DNA from: an uncultured Gemmatimonas sp.
GTDB taxonomy: Bacteria; Gemmatimonadota; Gemmatimonadetes; Gemmatimonadales; GWC2-71-9
Reading direction: 5' to 3'
NCBI GenBank assembly: GCA_964439025.1
Contig: CAYTMW010000009.1
Coordinates: forward strand, 35,749 to 99,748
Length of the DNA stretch: 64,000 bases
Shown here: one piece after another, positions 62,613 to 64,000 of the stretch
Numbering within the stretch: the stretch's first letter is position 1
Layout of the letters: the number at the start of each line of letters is the position of its first letter
Notes under the pieces: model-generated
Seen by the model: the letters and a program-made list of their open reading frames with translations, nothing else
Databases searched by the model: none
What the model was told of the DNA's origin: nothing
Position numbers and translations under genes: made by a program

Positions 62613-63956
62613 CTATACAGCGTCAGACAAGCTCGTGAACGTGAAATCCCGAACCCGCATCGGCGGGACCATGCTCCCCTGCACCCGCACCGGGCGGCCC
62701 AGCGCCTCGACATTATTGAGCATGATGATCGGCGACTCGTTGAAGCGGAAATTCTTGATCGCGTGCTTGATCGCGCCGTTCTCGATGTAGAACGTCCCGT
62801 CCCGGGTGAGCCCGGTGAGCAGCAGGGTCTGGGGATCCACGAAGCGGATGTACCAGAACCGGGTGACCAGCACCCCGCGCGCCACGTCCTTGATCATGTC
62901 CGCCGCCGAGGAGGTGCCGCCTGCCATGATCATGTTCGTCGGGACCATGAACATGTTGGTCGGAAACGGGGTGGCCGGCTTCTTCTGCTTCTCCGCCCAG
63001 TAGCGCGAATAAAAGAGATTGGCCACCACGCCCTTGTCGATCCACGCGGTGCGGGCGGTGGGGCGGCCGTCGCCGATCCACGGACTGGCGGGGACGTCCT
63101 TGTCCTGGGGATCGGACCAGATGCTGATCCGCGAGTCCACGAACTTCTCGCCCAGCTTGCTTCCCCCGCCGGGCTTGGACAGGAAGCTCCGGCCCTCGTC
63201 GGTCTGCCGGGCGTTGAAGCTCCCCACCAGCGGCTGCAGCATTTCCACTACCGCCTCGGGCTCCAGGATCACGGTGTACTTGCCCGGCTCGATGGCCTGC
63301 GGGTTACGCGAGGCGACCGCCTTCTCGAGCGCAATCCCCGAAATCTCTTCGGGGCTGAACCCGGCGATGTCGTTGACGTCGCGCGCCACGTACCCCGAGC
63401 CGGTGCCGTCGTTGCTGCGCACCGTCACCGAGAGGCTGGCCTGGGTCTGCCGGTAGAACGCGGACAGCCCCTTGGAGTTCAGCATCCCCTGCCAATTGAC
63501 GCCATCCTGGAAGAATCCGGCGGCGGTGCAGTCCCTGGCCGCCGCGGGATTGATGCTCGCCCCGGCGACCCGCGCGCGGTACTCCGGCGTGATGGCCGCC
63601 GTGGCCGGGGTGTACGCCCCCCCGCTCGGAGCCACATACTGCTGGGGGCCGAGCGGCGGCATGAACTCCGGATCCTCCGGCGCGAGGCGGGCGAGCTCCT
63701 CCGAGCGCCGCACCGCGCGCTCGATGCTCGCGTCGTCGAATTCGTTGGCGGTCACGGTGCCGGTGCGGGTACCGAAATTCGACTGGACCACGAGGGTGGT
63801 GTCGTCGTTGGCCCCGGCGGTGGACACGCTGTTTCGGGCGTACCGGATATTGCCGCCCCGGTTGCCGAAGATGTTGGCCTCGAACGCCTCCGCCTTGGAA
63901 AAGGAGAGCGCGCGCTCGAGCAACTTCCGCATTTCCTGATCGGTCATTTCAGCCAT
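62613..63956 (-). CDS. TldD/PmbA-family metalloprotease subunit
   Basis: 447 aa with 'A.....A....E......G.N.R.A.N......' at the N-terminus and 'G.F.IENG.I....K.FRFN.S' near the C-terminus. I cannot say which paralog this is. Confidence 0.8.
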   Translation of the reverse strand: MAEMTDQEMRKLLERALSFSKAEAFEANIFGNRGGNIRYARNSVSTAGANDDTTLVVQSNFGTRTGTVTANEFDDASIERAVRRSEELARLAPEDPEFMPPLGPQQYVAPSGGAYTPATAAITPEYRARVAGASINPAAARDCTAAGFFQDGVNWQGMLNSKGLSAFYRQTQASLSVTVRSNDGTGSGYVARDVNDIAGFSPEEISGIALEKAVASRNPQAIEPGKYTVILEPEAVVEMLQPLVGSFNARQTDEGRSFLSKPGGGSKLGEKFVDSRISIWSDPQDKDVPASPWIGDGRPTARTAWIDKGVVANLFYSRYWAEKQKKPATPFPTNMFMVPTNMIMAGGTSSAADMIKDVARGVLVTRFWYIRFVDPQTLLLTGLTRDGTFYIENGAIKHAIKNFRFNESPIIMLNNVEALGRPVRVQGSMVPPMRVRDFTFTSLSDAV

Positions 63957-63964
63957 GGGTTCCG

Positions 63965-64000
63965 TCAGATCTTCCGTGCGGTGTTGAGGACGTTGACGTT
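63965..64000 (-). CDS. 3' end of an upstream gene (probably the partner TldD/PmbA paralog), truncated by the window edge
   Basis: Open frame ...NVNVLNTARKI* ending 8 nt upstream of the next start. The pairing with a paralog is inferred from the usual tldD-pmbA arrangement. Confidence 0.4.
   Translation of the reverse strand, partial: NVNVLNTARKI

Overview
This is a very GC-rich, densely coding bacterial chromosomal segment, roughly two-thirds G+C by eye. It holds about 55 CDS. I saw no rRNA, tRNA, CRISPR array, transposase or integrase. All product calls come from motif recognition by eye; no homology search was run.

The gene content suggests a Gemmatimonadota/Acidobacteriota-type soil bacterium, which is inference only. 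The relevant genes are a PadR + ADOP duplicated permease pair, three ECF sigma/anti-sigma pairs, a Ser/Thr kinase with an '..RF..ALA..Y.IERE.G.GGMG' N-terminus, an Oar-like TonB receptor and an SBBP lipoprotein.

Gene content in brief:
- Envelope and secreted proteins dominate: M61, M28, M20 and S41 peptidases, PDZ and HEAT-repeat proteins, and outer-membrane-like proteins.
- An ECF-linked TolC/MacAB-type efflux operon.
- An ABC-2 exporter.
- A PolX-Nth repair operon.
- A kinase/BTAD-ATPase regulatory cluster.
- Housekeeping genes: fabH, cyclophilin, yggX, cls-like PLD.
- Neighbouring genes are very often joined by 4-nt ATGA/GTGA overlaps.

The most unusual content is non-coding:
1. At least 15 intergenic short tandem arrays, mostly with period 7. 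They are built from a small set of units that recur at unlinked loci, and many sit in inverted pairs that form hairpins.
2. One such inverted pair (24 bp perfect, about 32 bp near-perfect) brackets a decayed four-helix-bundle gene of the 23S-rRNA-IVS protein family. This gives an IVS-like stem-plus-ORF cassette in an ordinary intergenic spacer.
3. Three copies of a ~165-185 bp foldback MITE-like element.

Other points worth a second look:
- The Ser/Thr kinase has a conserved N-terminus upstream of any ATG/GTG/TTG. A CTG overlaps the upstream stop as CTGA.
- A six-gene TM2 / kinase / BTAD-AAA / three-secreted-protein cluster.
- A low-GC island with a compositionally atypical TetR gene.
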